Shown here piece after piece: positions 41,571 to 51,500 of a DNA stretch of 64,000 bases; position 1 is the first letter of the stretch, and every line of letters starts with the position of its first letter. The notes under the pieces are model-generated. The model had not been told where the DNA came from. It made no database searches and was given only the letters and a program-made list of their open reading frames with translations. Source of the stretch: Candidatus Heimdallarchaeum endolithica (GTDB lineage Archaea > Asgardarchaeota > Heimdallarchaeia > Heimdallarchaeales > Heimdallarchaeaceae); contig CP084167.1 in the NCBI GenBank assembly GCA_021513715.1, forward strand, positions 2,240,001-2,304,000. Direction: 5' to 3'. Both the position numbers and the translations under genes were made by a program.

Positions 41571-41858
41571 TCACTTACATATGCAAGGGTTGTTTTTACA
41601 TCTTGGACATTTCATAGGGTATTTGTTTAATAAAGATGCTTCCATATCTATTTCTAATAAATTTGCAATGCTAAATATCCAAGCAACAATGTCGGCAATT
41701 TCGTTTTGAATTATTTCCTTATTTTTTGAGTTAAGACATTCAGCCAGCTCTCCTATTTCTTCAATTAAATGAATAAATGTTTTATTAAGCCCTTGTTTTT
41801 GATCTCTTTTTAGATAAATGTCCTTCATAAGTTGTTGAAATTCATTAATTTTTAACAT
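41571..41858 (-). CDS. MazG-like nucleotide pyrophosphohydrolase
   Basis: 'EEIGELAE...EIAD', C-terminal CPRC..PC.C. Confidence 0.88.
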   Translation of the reverse strand: MLKINEFQQLMKDIYLKRDQKQGLNKTFIHLIEEIGELAECLNSKNKEIIQNEIADIVAWIFSIANLLEIDMEASLLNKYPMKCPRCKNNPCICK

Positions 41859-41962
41859 TGTTTTTCTTTCATAATCTCGTTTTTAAAAGATTTCTAATTA
41901 AAGAAATTTCTTTTATAGTTTCTTGAGTATAGTTTAAATAAAATACATTTTCAAAGTACTTA

Positions 41963-43078
41963 ATGAAGGATAACATCTCTTCAACATTATATGGTATCAG
42001 TAGATTGATGAAAAAGAAACAAATTGCATCAAAGTATAATATTCCTCTAGATCAAATCATTGATCTTAGTGCTGGTGATAATTTATTTATACCTCCCAAA
42101 CTCATTCGGAATTTGGCAATAAATGAAATCAAAAGAGTAGATCCTCGTGATAGATATCCTATAGATTATTCTTCTTTTATTGAAGAAATAAGTCGTTTTA
42201 CAAATGTAGCTAAAAAATGTATTTATCCTGGTATATCACACATAACACTAATTGAAAAATTACTGCGCTTTTATACTGAGCAAAGAGATAAAGTAATAGT
42301 TCTTAATCCAGAAAAAGATATTTTCTCAAGAATTATAAAAAAACTTATGTTAAAACAAATTCCTGTATATTTGTTTGATGATTATAAATTAAATACTGAT
42401 GATATAATAGAAAAAGCTTCTTCAGAACAAGCTAAGGCAATTCTGATTTCTTCTCCCCATTATCCAACAGGAAACCAATTTTCTGAAGATCGTATGCTAT
42501 CTATGATTAATGAGTTAAATATTCCTATTATAGTTGATGAATCTTATGTGGAATTTGGAAAATATTCGCTCACCAATATAGTAAGTAACTACAATAATTT
42601 ACATGTCATCCGCAACTTTTCTAAAGCATGGGGAATTGGAGCTTTTTCTTTAGCTTATTTGGTTGCAAATGAAAATGTAATAACAAAAATGAAACAAGTA
42701 TATATGGTTGAAGAGATTCCTCCTATTCATATCCTCGTAGCCATAAATATATTTCGTAATCCCTACAAATTTGTAGAACTTATCCAACTTTTTTTGCAAG
42801 AAAGAAAACGGGTTTATGAATATTTAAAACTACTTAATGGAGTTAAAGTTTTTAAAACTGATTCTAATTTTATTTTTATGCAATTTGAACACAACACACA
42901 GCCAATTTTTGAATATTTGTGTAGTAAAGGGATATTAGTGCAAAACTTTGATAAATTACTTGATTTTAAGAATAAGGAAAAGTCTCTGTTAGTAACTTTG
43001 GGTACAAACACTATCAATGACAAATTTATTATTAATTTAGTAGAGGTGTTGGAAGCTATTTCACAATCATCAACTTGA
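41963..43078 (+). CDS. class I/II PLP aminotransferase (HisC/CobD-like)
   Basis: 'PHYPTG', 'VDESYVEF', 'RNFSKAWG'. Confidence 0.85.
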   Translation: MKDNISSTLYGISRLMKKKQIASKYNIPLDQIIDLSAGDNLFIPPKLIRNLAINEIKRVDPRDRYPIDYSSFIEEISRFTNVAKKCIYPGISHITLIEKLLRFYTEQRDKVIVLNPEKDIFSRIIKKLMLKQIPVYLFDDYKLNTDDIIEKASSEQAKAILISSPHYPTGNQFSEDRMLSMINELNIPIIVDESYVEFGKYSLTNIVSNYNNLHVIRNFSKAWGIGAFSLAYLVANENVITKMKQVYMVEEIPPIHILVAINIFRNPYKFVELIQLFLQERKRVYEYLKLLNGVKVFKTDSNFIFMQFEHNTQPIFEYLCSKGILVQNFDKLLDFKNKEKSLLVTLGTNTINDKFIINLVEVLEAISQSST

Positions 43079-43272
43079 TTTTGTATGGATTTTTTGAGAT
43101 AACAATCATTAGTTAGCTCTATTTACATTTTTTTTCCTGTTATCTCACATAATGATTAGTTGGTGTCATATTTAATGTCTCAGGAAGATTAGTGATGAAT
43201 AATAATCCTTTTTTTCTGATGAAAAGACACATAAATGTTGTTGTTCTAGTTAGAACGAATTAAGGTGTCTGA

Positions 43273-44178
43273 ATGGAAGAAAAAAGATTACATAAATATA
43301 CAGTAGAATTTCCTATTGATGTCTGGAAAATTTTACAAGAAAAAAGGGGAAGTGGATCAATAAAGGATTTCCTAGTTTATCTTATTGAAAAAGAGTTTTC
43401 ATTAAGAAAAGTGAAAGCTTTCATTCTCGCCGGAGGAGAAGGAGCTAGGTTAAAACCTCTAACTGAATCGATTCCTAAAGCCATGATACCTGTAGGATAT
43501 AAGCCCCTTCTAGAATATAATTTACACTTATTAATGAAAAATGGAATTACAGATGTAAACCTTCTTGTTGGAAAACTTGGAGATCGTATAATGCAGTATT
43601 TTGGCCAAAAATGGAATGATATTACTCTTAATTATGTTGTAGAACAATTGATGCTAGATACTGCAGGAGCTTTATATAACGCACGAAATTTGATTAATGA
43701 AACATTCTTGGTTATGAATGCTGATATTCTAACAAATATTAGAATAAGTGAGTTGATCGACTTTCATAAACAAAATAAGAAAGATTTCGTTGGTACAGTC
43801 GCTGGTATAAATTTGGTCGATTATCAACAAAAGATGAATAGTAAAACTAAGGATAAAGCCGTTTTTAACGATTTTGGGGTTTTTCAGATAAGTAACAATA
43901 AGCACACTAGAATTCTTAAGTATGAAGAAAGGCCTGCTAAAGGTATGCAAAATGGATATATTGACGCTGGTATATATATATTCGAACCAGAAATAATTGA
44001 TTATTTACATGAATCTGAAGGTAAATCATTATCGAAAGATATATTTCCTCAGCTGATAAAAGAGAATAAACTACAACTTTACCCCTGTAAACAGAATATT
44101 CACTGGATTGATGTAGCTCATCCTATTCGTTGGTCAATAGCTTGGGAGTTATTAATATCCGGTGCAATTGAAATATAA
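43273..44178 (+). CDS. sugar-phosphate nucleotidyltransferase with short N-terminal extension
   Basis: ILAGGEGARLKPLT..PK. Confidence 0.88.
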   Translation: MEEKRLHKYTVEFPIDVWKILQEKRGSGSIKDFLVYLIEKEFSLRKVKAFILAGGEGARLKPLTESIPKAMIPVGYKPLLEYNLHLLMKNGITDVNLLVGKLGDRIMQYFGQKWNDITLNYVVEQLMLDTAGALYNARNLINETFLVMNADILTNIRISELIDFHKQNKKDFVGTVAGINLVDYQQKMNSKTKDKAVFNDFGVFQISNNKHTRILKYEERPAKGMQNGYIDAGIYIFEPEIIDYLHESEGKSLSKDIFPQLIKENKLQLYPCKQNIHWIDVAHPIRWSIAWELLISGAIEI

Positions 44179-44332
44179 ATTAATTTTCTCAATTTACAAT
44201 GAATAAAGTTAAGGGAGAAATCGAAATCAACAAATAAAAATTGTGGTCTCTACGGAATAAAGTTTCAATCAATAACCAAGTATTATCCATTTATTAATCT
44301 CTAAATTTAAATAACCAAATCTTATTTTCTTA

Positions 44333-45307
44333 ATGGAGATAATGAAAGTAAGTTACAATATTATGTGGACAGAAAAATATAGACCAAGGTCATTAAACGA
44401 TCTTAGGGGACATCAAGATATAATTATAAGATTAAAAGGATTTGTAGAAAAAGGTAATCTGCCACACCTCTTATTTGCTGGACCACCAGGAACAGGAAAA
44501 ACAACAGCAGTTTTAGCTTTGGCACATGATTTATTTGGGCCCGATACTTATCATCATAATATTCTAGAATTAAATGCATCAGATGATAGGGGAATTGATA
44601 TTGTTAGAACACAAATAAAAGAATTTGCAAGAACTGCACCATATAATGCACCATTTAAAATTATTTGCTTAGATGAAGCTGATAATTTAACAAGTGCAGC
44701 ACAACATGCACTACGAAGAACAATGGAAAAATATGTTAGAACTAGCAGATTTGCTTTAATTTGTAACTACTCCAGTAAAATAATTGAACCAATACAATCA
44801 CGTTGTGCTATTTTTAGATTTAAACCCTTATCAGACGAAGAAATAAGAGAATATTTGATTTACATATCTGAAAAAGAAAATCTTGTTTATGACAAAGAAG
44901 GAATCGAGACTATTCTGTACATAGCTGAAGGAGACTTAAGAAAAGCAATAAACATTCTACAGTCAACAGCAGCATCAGGGCATTCTATTGAAGCATTGAC
45001 TGTAAGAAAAACTATTGGTCAAGCTGATCCTGAACAGATAAAAAACATGGTGTTACTCGCATTAAACGGAAAATTTCAACAGGCGAGAAGTCAGTTACAT
45101 GAGTTGATGTTAGAATATGGTTTATCAGGAACAGACGTAACATATCAAATATATAAAGAAATACCAAAACTTGATATTCCAGAAGTATCAAAGCTTGAGA
45201 TTACTCAATATTTAGCAGAAGTAGATTTCAGGATATCTGAAGGGGCATCAAGTAATATACAAATTGGGGCATTCCTAGCGAAACTGTCAAGAATAAAATA
45301 TGAATAG
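44333..45307 (+). CDS. rfcS: replication factor C small subunit
   Basis: WTEKYRP, GPPGTGKT, ELNASDDRG, DEAD, SRC. Confidence 0.96.
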   Translation: MEIMKVSYNIMWTEKYRPRSLNDLRGHQDIIIRLKGFVEKGNLPHLLFAGPPGTGKTTAVLALAHDLFGPDTYHHNILELNASDDRGIDIVRTQIKEFARTAPYNAPFKIICLDEADNLTSAAQHALRRTMEKYVRTSRFALICNYSSKIIEPIQSRCAIFRFKPLSDEEIREYLIYISEKENLVYDKEGIETILYIAEGDLRKAINILQSTAASGHSIEALTVRKTIGQADPEQIKNMVLLALNGKFQQARSQLHELMLEYGLSGTDVTYQIYKEIPKLDIPEVSKLEITQYLAEVDFRISEGASSNIQIGAFLAKLSRIKYE

Positions 45308-45318
45308 TGTTTTCCTAT

Positions 45319-46641
45319 TTAACTTTTTAAGTACTGTTTTGCCTTATCTTTTAACTTTTCAATGTCTATTGTATGGAAAACACCATCCTCATAAACAATT
45401 GTTCCATCTATCATAGTCAGTACAATATCTTTACCACTAGCAGAATAAACAATATGTGTTATTGGGTCGTATAATGGAATTGCATTTACGTCGCTTATAT
45501 CTAATAGAACTAAATCTGCTTTCTTACCTATTTCAATTGAACCAATTTCTTTTTCCATATGCAGAGTTTTAGCTCCTTCAATTGTTGCCATTCTCAAAAC
45601 ATTTTTAGCTGGTAACTTTTTTTCGTCTAGATATTTTAGTCGCTGAAGGAATGATGCAAGACGTATCTCTTTAAACATATCTAAGTTGTTATTACAAGGA
45701 GCACCATCTGTAGCTAATCCAACAATTACGCCAAGTTCTTGAAATTTTACAATATCCGCAATGCCAGAAGCTAATTTGCTATTACTACTTGGGTTATGAC
45801 TTATTTTTGTTCCAGATTCTTTAATCAGTTTGTACTCTTCTTCATCTAACCATATCGCATGAGCTAAAATTGTGTTCTTTCCTAAAACATTTAACTCATT
45901 TAAAGCACGGATGTATGACTTTCCAAATTGCTGCGTAACAAGTTTACTCTCATTTCTATTTTCGGAAGCGTGTGTATGGATTAGAATGTCATCATATTTT
46001 TGTTGCAATTTCACAACTTCTGCTATTAAATCAGTACTGTTGTTCAAAAGAAATCTTAAATTTAAGGAATATTTTATCCTACCTTTTTGTCTATTGTGAT
46101 ATTTTTTAATGTGGTCTGTGATTTCTGCAATTATATCAGATGTTTTTTCAAGTTTTTCTTTTTTATTGTTAATGTCAACATCCATCAGCATTTTTCCTAT
46201 TCTTGCCCTAATTCCAATATCAATTGCTGCCCTTATTCCTTCCTCAGAATGATGCACAGTCAGCATATCGTTGCATGTAGTTGTGCCTGTTCGTATCATC
46301 TCTGCAAAACCCAAAACACATGATGTATAAACATTATCTGCACTAAAACTTCTTTCGCCTGGTAAAATTACTTTTTGGAGCCAATCAATTAAACTTAGAT
46401 CTTCAGCTTTTCCTCTTAACAGCGTTTGTACAGAATGGGAATGTGTATTTACTAATCCTGGAAGCAGTATTTTATTCTTTCCGGAAATTATCCTTGATGA
46501 AGCGTAATAGTTAGCAATTGTATCTCTTTTACCAACAGCTTTTATTTTATTTTCTTCAACATATACAGCACCATCCTTAATTATTTCATCTGTTGAATTG
46601 CATGTTACAACGTAATCAGCTTCAATTATTATTCCTTTCAA
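45319..46641 (-). CDS. amidohydrolase (MTA/SAH deaminase-like)
   Basis: PGLVNTHSH, HTHASE, AHAIW, ATDG, GKKADL. Confidence 0.9.
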   Translation of the reverse strand: MKGIIIEADYVVTCNSTDEIIKDGAVYVEENKIKAVGKRDTIANYYASSRIISGKNKILLPGLVNTHSHSVQTLLRGKAEDLSLIDWLQKVILPGERSFSADNVYTSCVLGFAEMIRTGTTTCNDMLTVHHSEEGIRAAIDIGIRARIGKMLMDVDINNKKEKLEKTSDIIAEITDHIKKYHNRQKGRIKYSLNLRFLLNNSTDLIAEVVKLQQKYDDILIHTHASENRNESKLVTQQFGKSYIRALNELNVLGKNTILAHAIWLDEEEYKLIKESGTKISHNPSSNSKLASGIADIVKFQELGVIVGLATDGAPCNNNLDMFKEIRLASFLQRLKYLDEKKLPAKNVLRMATIEGAKTLHMEKEIGSIEIGKKADLVLLDISDVNAIPLYDPITHIVYSASGKDIVLTMIDGTIVYEDGVFHTIDIEKLKDKAKQYLKS

Positions 46642-47367
46642 TTGAGAGACCTCTCTTTAATGACTGTAAATATATTAATAAATCCTTTTTTTCTCTTAAA
46701 TTTAATGAAAATCTCAAATGATCTTGAAGACCTTACAAATAAGATAAAAAATTGTAAATTATGTTCTCTCTATAAAACAAGAAAAAACGTCGTTCCAGGG
46801 ATTTATGGTTCTAATAATGAACTGTGTTTTATCGGTGAAGCTCCAGGATATAATGAGGATAAAGAAGGCTACCCGTTTGTTGGAAAATCAGGAAAGCTCC
46901 TTGATGCGATGCTAAGAGAGATTGGATTAGAAAGAAAAGAAGTTAGTATTCTAAATGTGGTAAAGTGTAGACCAGTTACAGAAGATGGGAAGAATAGAAT
47001 CCCATCTCAAACTGAAATAAATATTTGTTCAAATACATGGCTAAAACATCAGTTAGAATACTTACAACCTAAATTAATTGTGACTCTTGGTTCCGTAGCA
47101 TTAAAATATTTTTTTCCTAAAGCAAAAGTTACAAAAGAAGTTGGGCTATTTAAAACAACAAATGAGGGTTTTACTGTTTTTTCAACATTCCATCCAGCTT
47201 ATATATTAAGAAATAACAGTGAATTTATGCGAGAAACATATAGAAATCACTTTAAACAAATTTATTTTTATATAAAAAGCAATAATGTTCTCAAAAAACC
47301 TCCAATTGATAAAGCATTATCTTCTACTAATGTAAAGCAGAGTAGATTAGACAATTTTTTCAGTTAA
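46642..47367 (+). CDS. family 4 uracil-DNA glycosylase (start likely ATG 46705)
   Basis: CxxC, GEAPG, PFVG, KCRP, HPAY; PIP-like C-terminus QSRLDNFF. Confidence 0.93.
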   Translation: MRDLSLMTVNILINPFFLLNLMKISNDLEDLTNKIKNCKLCSLYKTRKNVVPGIYGSNNELCFIGEAPGYNEDKEGYPFVGKSGKLLDAMLREIGLERKEVSILNVVKCRPVTEDGKNRIPSQTEINICSNTWLKHQLEYLQPKLIVTLGSVALKYFFPKAKVTKEVGLFKTTNEGFTVFSTFHPAYILRNNSEFMRETYRNHFKQIYFYIKSNNVLKKPPIDKALSSTNVKQSRLDNFFS

Positions 47368-47418
47368 TAAAAAAGATTAATCTTTCATTACAGTATTTAC
47401 AACTATATGATTTATAAT

Positions 47419-48422
47419 AAGCATGTCCAAAAATTCTTTTTCACCAACTAAACGGTCCGAAGGAGTAAAAGGTAGTTGTAACAGAGAAGAGAACTGTACA
47501 AGGTAGAGAGAATGGTGGAGGGTAAACGATCAAGGATTGGGGGAAGAGAGAGTTTAAGGAGACCAAAGACGTGTTCAATACTACTACGATACTCGGGATG
47601 ATGATTACGACGATACAGACCAGGGTAGAGACGATGAGCTTGAACTATTGGTCCGAGGGGAGGAGGAGAGGGATAACGAGCATTACTTTTTGGGGGAATA
47701 ACAGGGAAAAAGGAATGTTGGCTAAGAAGTCCAACGATATTTTCTGTCCAGTAGGCACAGTCTCCATAAAATCGCAAGAAAGGTCTCAAGAGTGCAGAAG
47801 GAAGTTTCTGCCAGAGTAAACCGAAGACTTTACTATCGTGAGTGTTACTAGCAGAATGAGCGAGAGAGACTATAGCTCGAGAGGGTAAACCAACTATAAG
47901 GTGTATCTTCCAGAAAAGTTTAGAGGTTTTCTTTAGTGTCCCTCTTGACCATTTGAGAAAACGCCAAACAGAAGCTTGACGGATTTTAAACCCTGAACTA
48001 TCCACTGCCATAGCTTTCAAGCCTTTTTTCCTCACTATTTCCCTACCTAAATCTATTATCCACTGCTCTAAGATTTTACTTTCTGTCGCTCTCCACACTG
48101 CATGAAAAGTAGATTTAGAAGGAATCTTCTTCATCCACCCCTCTTCTATCAAAAAATCGCATAAAGACAACTTTTCCTCTAACTTCCTCCAAGCTATCCC
48201 TTCTATTCTAGCAATGATTGCTAAAGCCAGTATCACCCATCTTTCTGCTATTCTCTTTCTCCCTCTCTTGCTTTCTCTCGGTTCCTCTTTCACCAGTTTC
48301 TTAAGGAAAGGTTCATTAATGATTATGAATTCTCTTGCTTTGTGGGGGTCTATGATCTGAAAGAAATTCATACTTCCGACATAAACCCCCACATTAATAA
48401 AAATTAATTTTTGGACATGCTT
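47419..48422 (-). mobile_element. IS4/IS5-superfamily insertion sequence, intact copy
   Basis: Same 17-bp TIR as 16018-17030; no matching TSD. Confidence 0.92.
47448..48392 (-). CDS. DDE transposase
   Basis: AVDSSG, HDS, YGDCAY, RSSIEHVFGLLK. Confidence 0.93.
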   Translation of the reverse strand: MGVYVGSMNFFQIIDPHKAREFIIINEPFLKKLVKEEPRESKRGRKRIAERWVILALAIIARIEGIAWRKLEEKLSLCDFLIEEGWMKKIPSKSTFHAVWRATESKILEQWIIDLGREIVRKKGLKAMAVDSSGFKIRQASVWRFLKWSRGTLKKTSKLFWKIHLIVGLPSRAIVSLAHSASNTHDSKVFGLLWQKLPSALLRPFLRFYGDCAYWTENIVGLLSQHSFFPVIPPKSNARYPSPPPLGPIVQAHRLYPGLYRRNHHPEYRSSIEHVFGLLKLSLPPILDRLPSTILSTLYSSLLCYNYLLLLRTV

Positions 48423-48451
48423 AAATTAATTAGATTGATTTTGTAACTTTA

Positions 48452-49873
48452 TTGGTTGAAATACACTCTATATGGATAAGATTAATATTTATCAAATTTG
48501 TTGTTTTAATAATGAGTTCGATAATAGAAAAGAGAATATACCAAATTACAACTTTAAAGCATAAAGATGATGTCAATCGCGTTCTTGTTGATGAACAATA
48601 CATCTATAGTGCTTCTTCTGATAAAACTGTAAAAGTTTGGGATAAATTTACATTTGATGAGGTTGCAATATTATCTCATAAAAAACAAGTAAATGACATC
48701 GCAATAGATGATAACTATATCTATAGTGCGACCAATGATGCTCGAGTTTCTATTTGGGAAAAAAATAGTTGGGAAAATGTGACCTCCCTTCCACATGATG
48801 GATTTGTAGAGAGAGTAGTTGTAGATGGCAACTTTGTCTATACTTCTTCTGATGATTTTTCTGTTAGAATTTGGGATAAAAAAAATTGGAAGGTAGTGTT
48901 AGGGTTAAGAGTATCAGGAGAAGTGAACACCCTTTTTGTAGACAAAGATTTTCTTTATACTGGAAAGGGAACAAAAGTAAAAATCTGGGCGAAAGATAAT
49001 TTTGATGTAGTCACAACGATAAAATTACCTATGTTTAGTGCTGTGCGCACGATATATGTAGATGAGGATTTCATTTATATCGGAGGAAGTGAAAAAAATG
49101 TTCGTGTATTTGATAAAAATTCAAAAAAACTTGTAGCTAAACTTCCTCATTCTGCTATTTCAATTGTTTATTCAATATACGGTGATGATCAATATATTCT
49201 TACAGGGTTAAGTGACAATAAAGTTGTAGTTTGGAAGAAAAGCGATTTCTCAAAAGTTACTTCTCTAAGTATTTCGGGGCAAGTGAAGTCAGTGTTCAGT
49301 GATGGAATAAGATTTTATTCTGGTAGTTCTGATAAAAAAGTTAGAGTTTTTGAACCAGCAATTTATGAAGAAAAAAGAAAGAAGCAAGAAGCAAAGAGAA
49401 AAGAACAAGAATTTAAAAAGAAAAAGGAACTAGAGGAGAAAAAAAGGAAAGACGAGGAGAAAAGAAAAAAAGAGGAGGAGAAGAAAAAAGAGAAACTTAG
49501 AAAAGAACAAATGAAAAAGGAGAAAGAAGAAGCCAAAGAAAGAGAGAAACAAGAGAAAAAGCGAGAAGAAAGAAAGAAAAAGGAAGAAGAAAAAGAGAAA
49601 AAGCGAGAAGAAAGAATAACAACAATAAGAAACATCTTGAAAAAAAGTGATTCAATAGAAATTAACTTGCTAATGGAAATTCTAGACTTTTCAACAAAAG
49701 CAGCGCTGTTGAAATTCTTATATAATTTACCAGAAGATTTCCCAATAATAATTAAAGATGATAAAGTGTTTTTCTCCACACCTAATAAAAAAGAAAAAGA
49801 AGTCCATAAAGCAATAGATGACTTGTTGAAAAAATATGAAGAATGGGAGCAGAGTGATGTTTCTAAGATATAA
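48452..49873 (+). CDS. WD40-repeat protein with charged coiled coil and C-terminal helical domain
   Basis: About 7 repeats of the 'YIYSASSDKTVKVWD' type, then an E/K/R-rich tract. Confidence 0.9.
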   Translation: MVEIHSIWIRLIFIKFVVLIMSSIIEKRIYQITTLKHKDDVNRVLVDEQYIYSASSDKTVKVWDKFTFDEVAILSHKKQVNDIAIDDNYIYSATNDARVSIWEKNSWENVTSLPHDGFVERVVVDGNFVYTSSDDFSVRIWDKKNWKVVLGLRVSGEVNTLFVDKDFLYTGKGTKVKIWAKDNFDVVTTIKLPMFSAVRTIYVDEDFIYIGGSEKNVRVFDKNSKKLVAKLPHSAISIVYSIYGDDQYILTGLSDNKVVVWKKSDFSKVTSLSISGQVKSVFSDGIRFYSGSSDKKVRVFEPAIYEEKRKKQEAKRKEQEFKKKKELEEKKRKDEEKRKKEEEKKKEKLRKEQMKKEKEEAKEREKQEKKREERKKKEEEKEKKREERITTIRNILKKSDSIEINLLMEILDFSTKAALLKFLYNLPEDFPIIIKDDKVFFSTPNKKEKEVHKAIDDLLKKYEEWEQSDVSKI

Positions 49874-49922
49874 TTTAAGTTAATTAATTATGCTATACTT
49901 TTTTTTAATTAAGAAAGAATCT

Positions 49923-51500
49923 TCACACACTCTCATAACCTCCTCCGCCAGGAGTTTCAATTATTACTATATCTCCTTTCTTAATTTTTCTAGTGGTCTT
50001 TGATGGAAGAATTGACTGTTTATCTGATGAAACAAGAATATTTTTGCCTTTTCTACCTGGCATTCCTCCAAATAAACCAAAAGGAGAATGATTTCTTCTC
50101 TCACTTTGAATAGAAAGAGTAGCTTCTTCAGCAAGCAATTTTATTGAACGTCTAATACCATTGCTGCCAGACCATTTCCCCTTTCCTCCAGTGGACTCCA
50201 AAATAGAATATTCAAGAACTTGGAGGGGATAATAAGTTTCCAAAACTTCGATAGGTGTATTGCGAGTATTAGTCATGTGGCTATGTTTTGCACTTGGGGG
50301 AGAATAATCCTTTCCTGCTCCAATACCTCCAGCAATAGTCTCATAGTAAGTAAATTGATGACCTTTATGTGTTCCTCCAATAATAATGTTATTCATTGTT
50401 CCACTACTTGCTGCAGGAATATCATCTGGAAAAATCTGGGAAAAAACACCTAACAAAACATCAACAATTCGTTGACTAGTCTCAACATTTCCTGCAGCTA
50501 CTCCTGCAGGAGGAAGAGGATCCACTAATGTTCCTTTTTTAGTGATTACCTTAAGAGGTTCATATAATCCATAATTTGTTGCGTAATCTCTAGGGACTAA
50601 AGCTCGAATAAGATAATAAGTAGCTGAAAGGGTTACAGCCAGTGGTGCGTTGATGTTACCTTCCACTTGTTTAGAACTTTTAGAATAATCAACAATAAGC
50701 TCCTCTCCACATCTTTTAACTTCGGCAGTAATAGGGATTGGTTCATCTGTAACTCCATCATTATCCATATAATCTGTGAAAGAGTAGGTATTTCCTTCAG
50801 GTATGCTTTGAATTAAGTGAAGAGAGGCAGAACGAGAACGGTTAATTAGAAATTCAATAACCTTTTGAACTCTAGGTAAGGAGTACTTGGCTAATAAAGA
50901 TTGAAATTTTTTTTCTCCAATCTTGGTTGAGGCAAGCTGTGCTTGAAGATCTCCTTTACGTTCGTAAGGAACCCTCACATTTTCAAGAAAAACATCTAAC
51001 CATTCTTCATTCAATTTTCCCTTTCTTTCGATAAGTGTTGGTTTAATAATAAAACCTTCTTCGTGGAGAAGATACTTTCCTCCAGGCATACTACCAGGTA
51101 CAACTCCTCCAACATCTGCGTGATGGCAACGATTAGCAATATATCCTACAAGTTTTTGTTCAAAAAAGATAGGTTTGACGATTGTTATATCCGGTAGGTG
51201 CGTACCTCCAGAATAAGGGTCATTGGAAATATATATGTCACCATCTTCTATATTATTTTCACCAAAATGTTTGATAATTGCTTTAACAGACTCGGGCATA
51301 GCTCCAAGATGAACAGGAATATGTTCTGCCTGAGCAAGAAGTCGACCTTGACTATCCATAATCGCACTGGAAAAATCTAATCTATCTCGAATGTTGGGGC
51401 TAAAAGCAGAACGTTGAAGAACTATGCCCGTCTCTATAGCAACGTTACGAAGAGCTTGGTTAATAACCTGAACTTCAATTAAATTAAATTGATCACTCAT
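49923..51500 (-). CDS. hyuB: hydantoinase B / 5-oxoprolinase beta subunit
   Basis: SPNIRDRLDFS, HIPVH, NDPYSGGTHLPD, TPGGGGY. Confidence 0.93.
   Translation of the reverse strand: MSDQFNLIEVQVINQALRNVAIETGIVLQRSAFSPNIRDRLDFSSAIMDSQGRLLAQAEHIPVHLGAMPESVKAIIKHFGENNIEDGDIYISNDPYSGGTHLPDITIVKPIFFEQKLVGYIANRCHHADVGGVVPGSMPGGKYLLHEEGFIIKPTLIERKGKLNEEWLDVFLENVRVPYERKGDLQAQLASTKIGEKKFQSLLAKYSLPRVQKVIEFLINRSRSASLHLIQSIPEGNTYSFTDYMDNDGVTDEPIPITAEVKRCGEELIVDYSKSSKQVEGNINAPLAVTLSATYYLIRALVPRDYATNYGLYEPLKVITKKGTLVDPLPPAGVAAGNVETSQRIVDVLLGVFSQIFPDDIPAASSGTMNNIIIGGTHKGHQFTYYETIAGGIGAGKDYSPPSAKHSHMTNTRNTPIEVLETYYPLQVLEYSILESTGGKGKWSGSNGIRRSIKLLAEEATLSIQSERRNHSPFGLFGGMPGRKGKNILVSSDKQSILPSKTTRKIKKGDIVIIETPGGGGYESV

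Noticed and set aside
16018-48422. 31-kb composite transposon between the two IS copies
   Set aside because: Encloses essential genes; copy 1 has its own TSD and the outer flanks do not match
49363-49779. Phe/Ser-rich 138-aa ORF
   Set aside because: Antisense shadow of the E/K-rich tract of the WD40 gene
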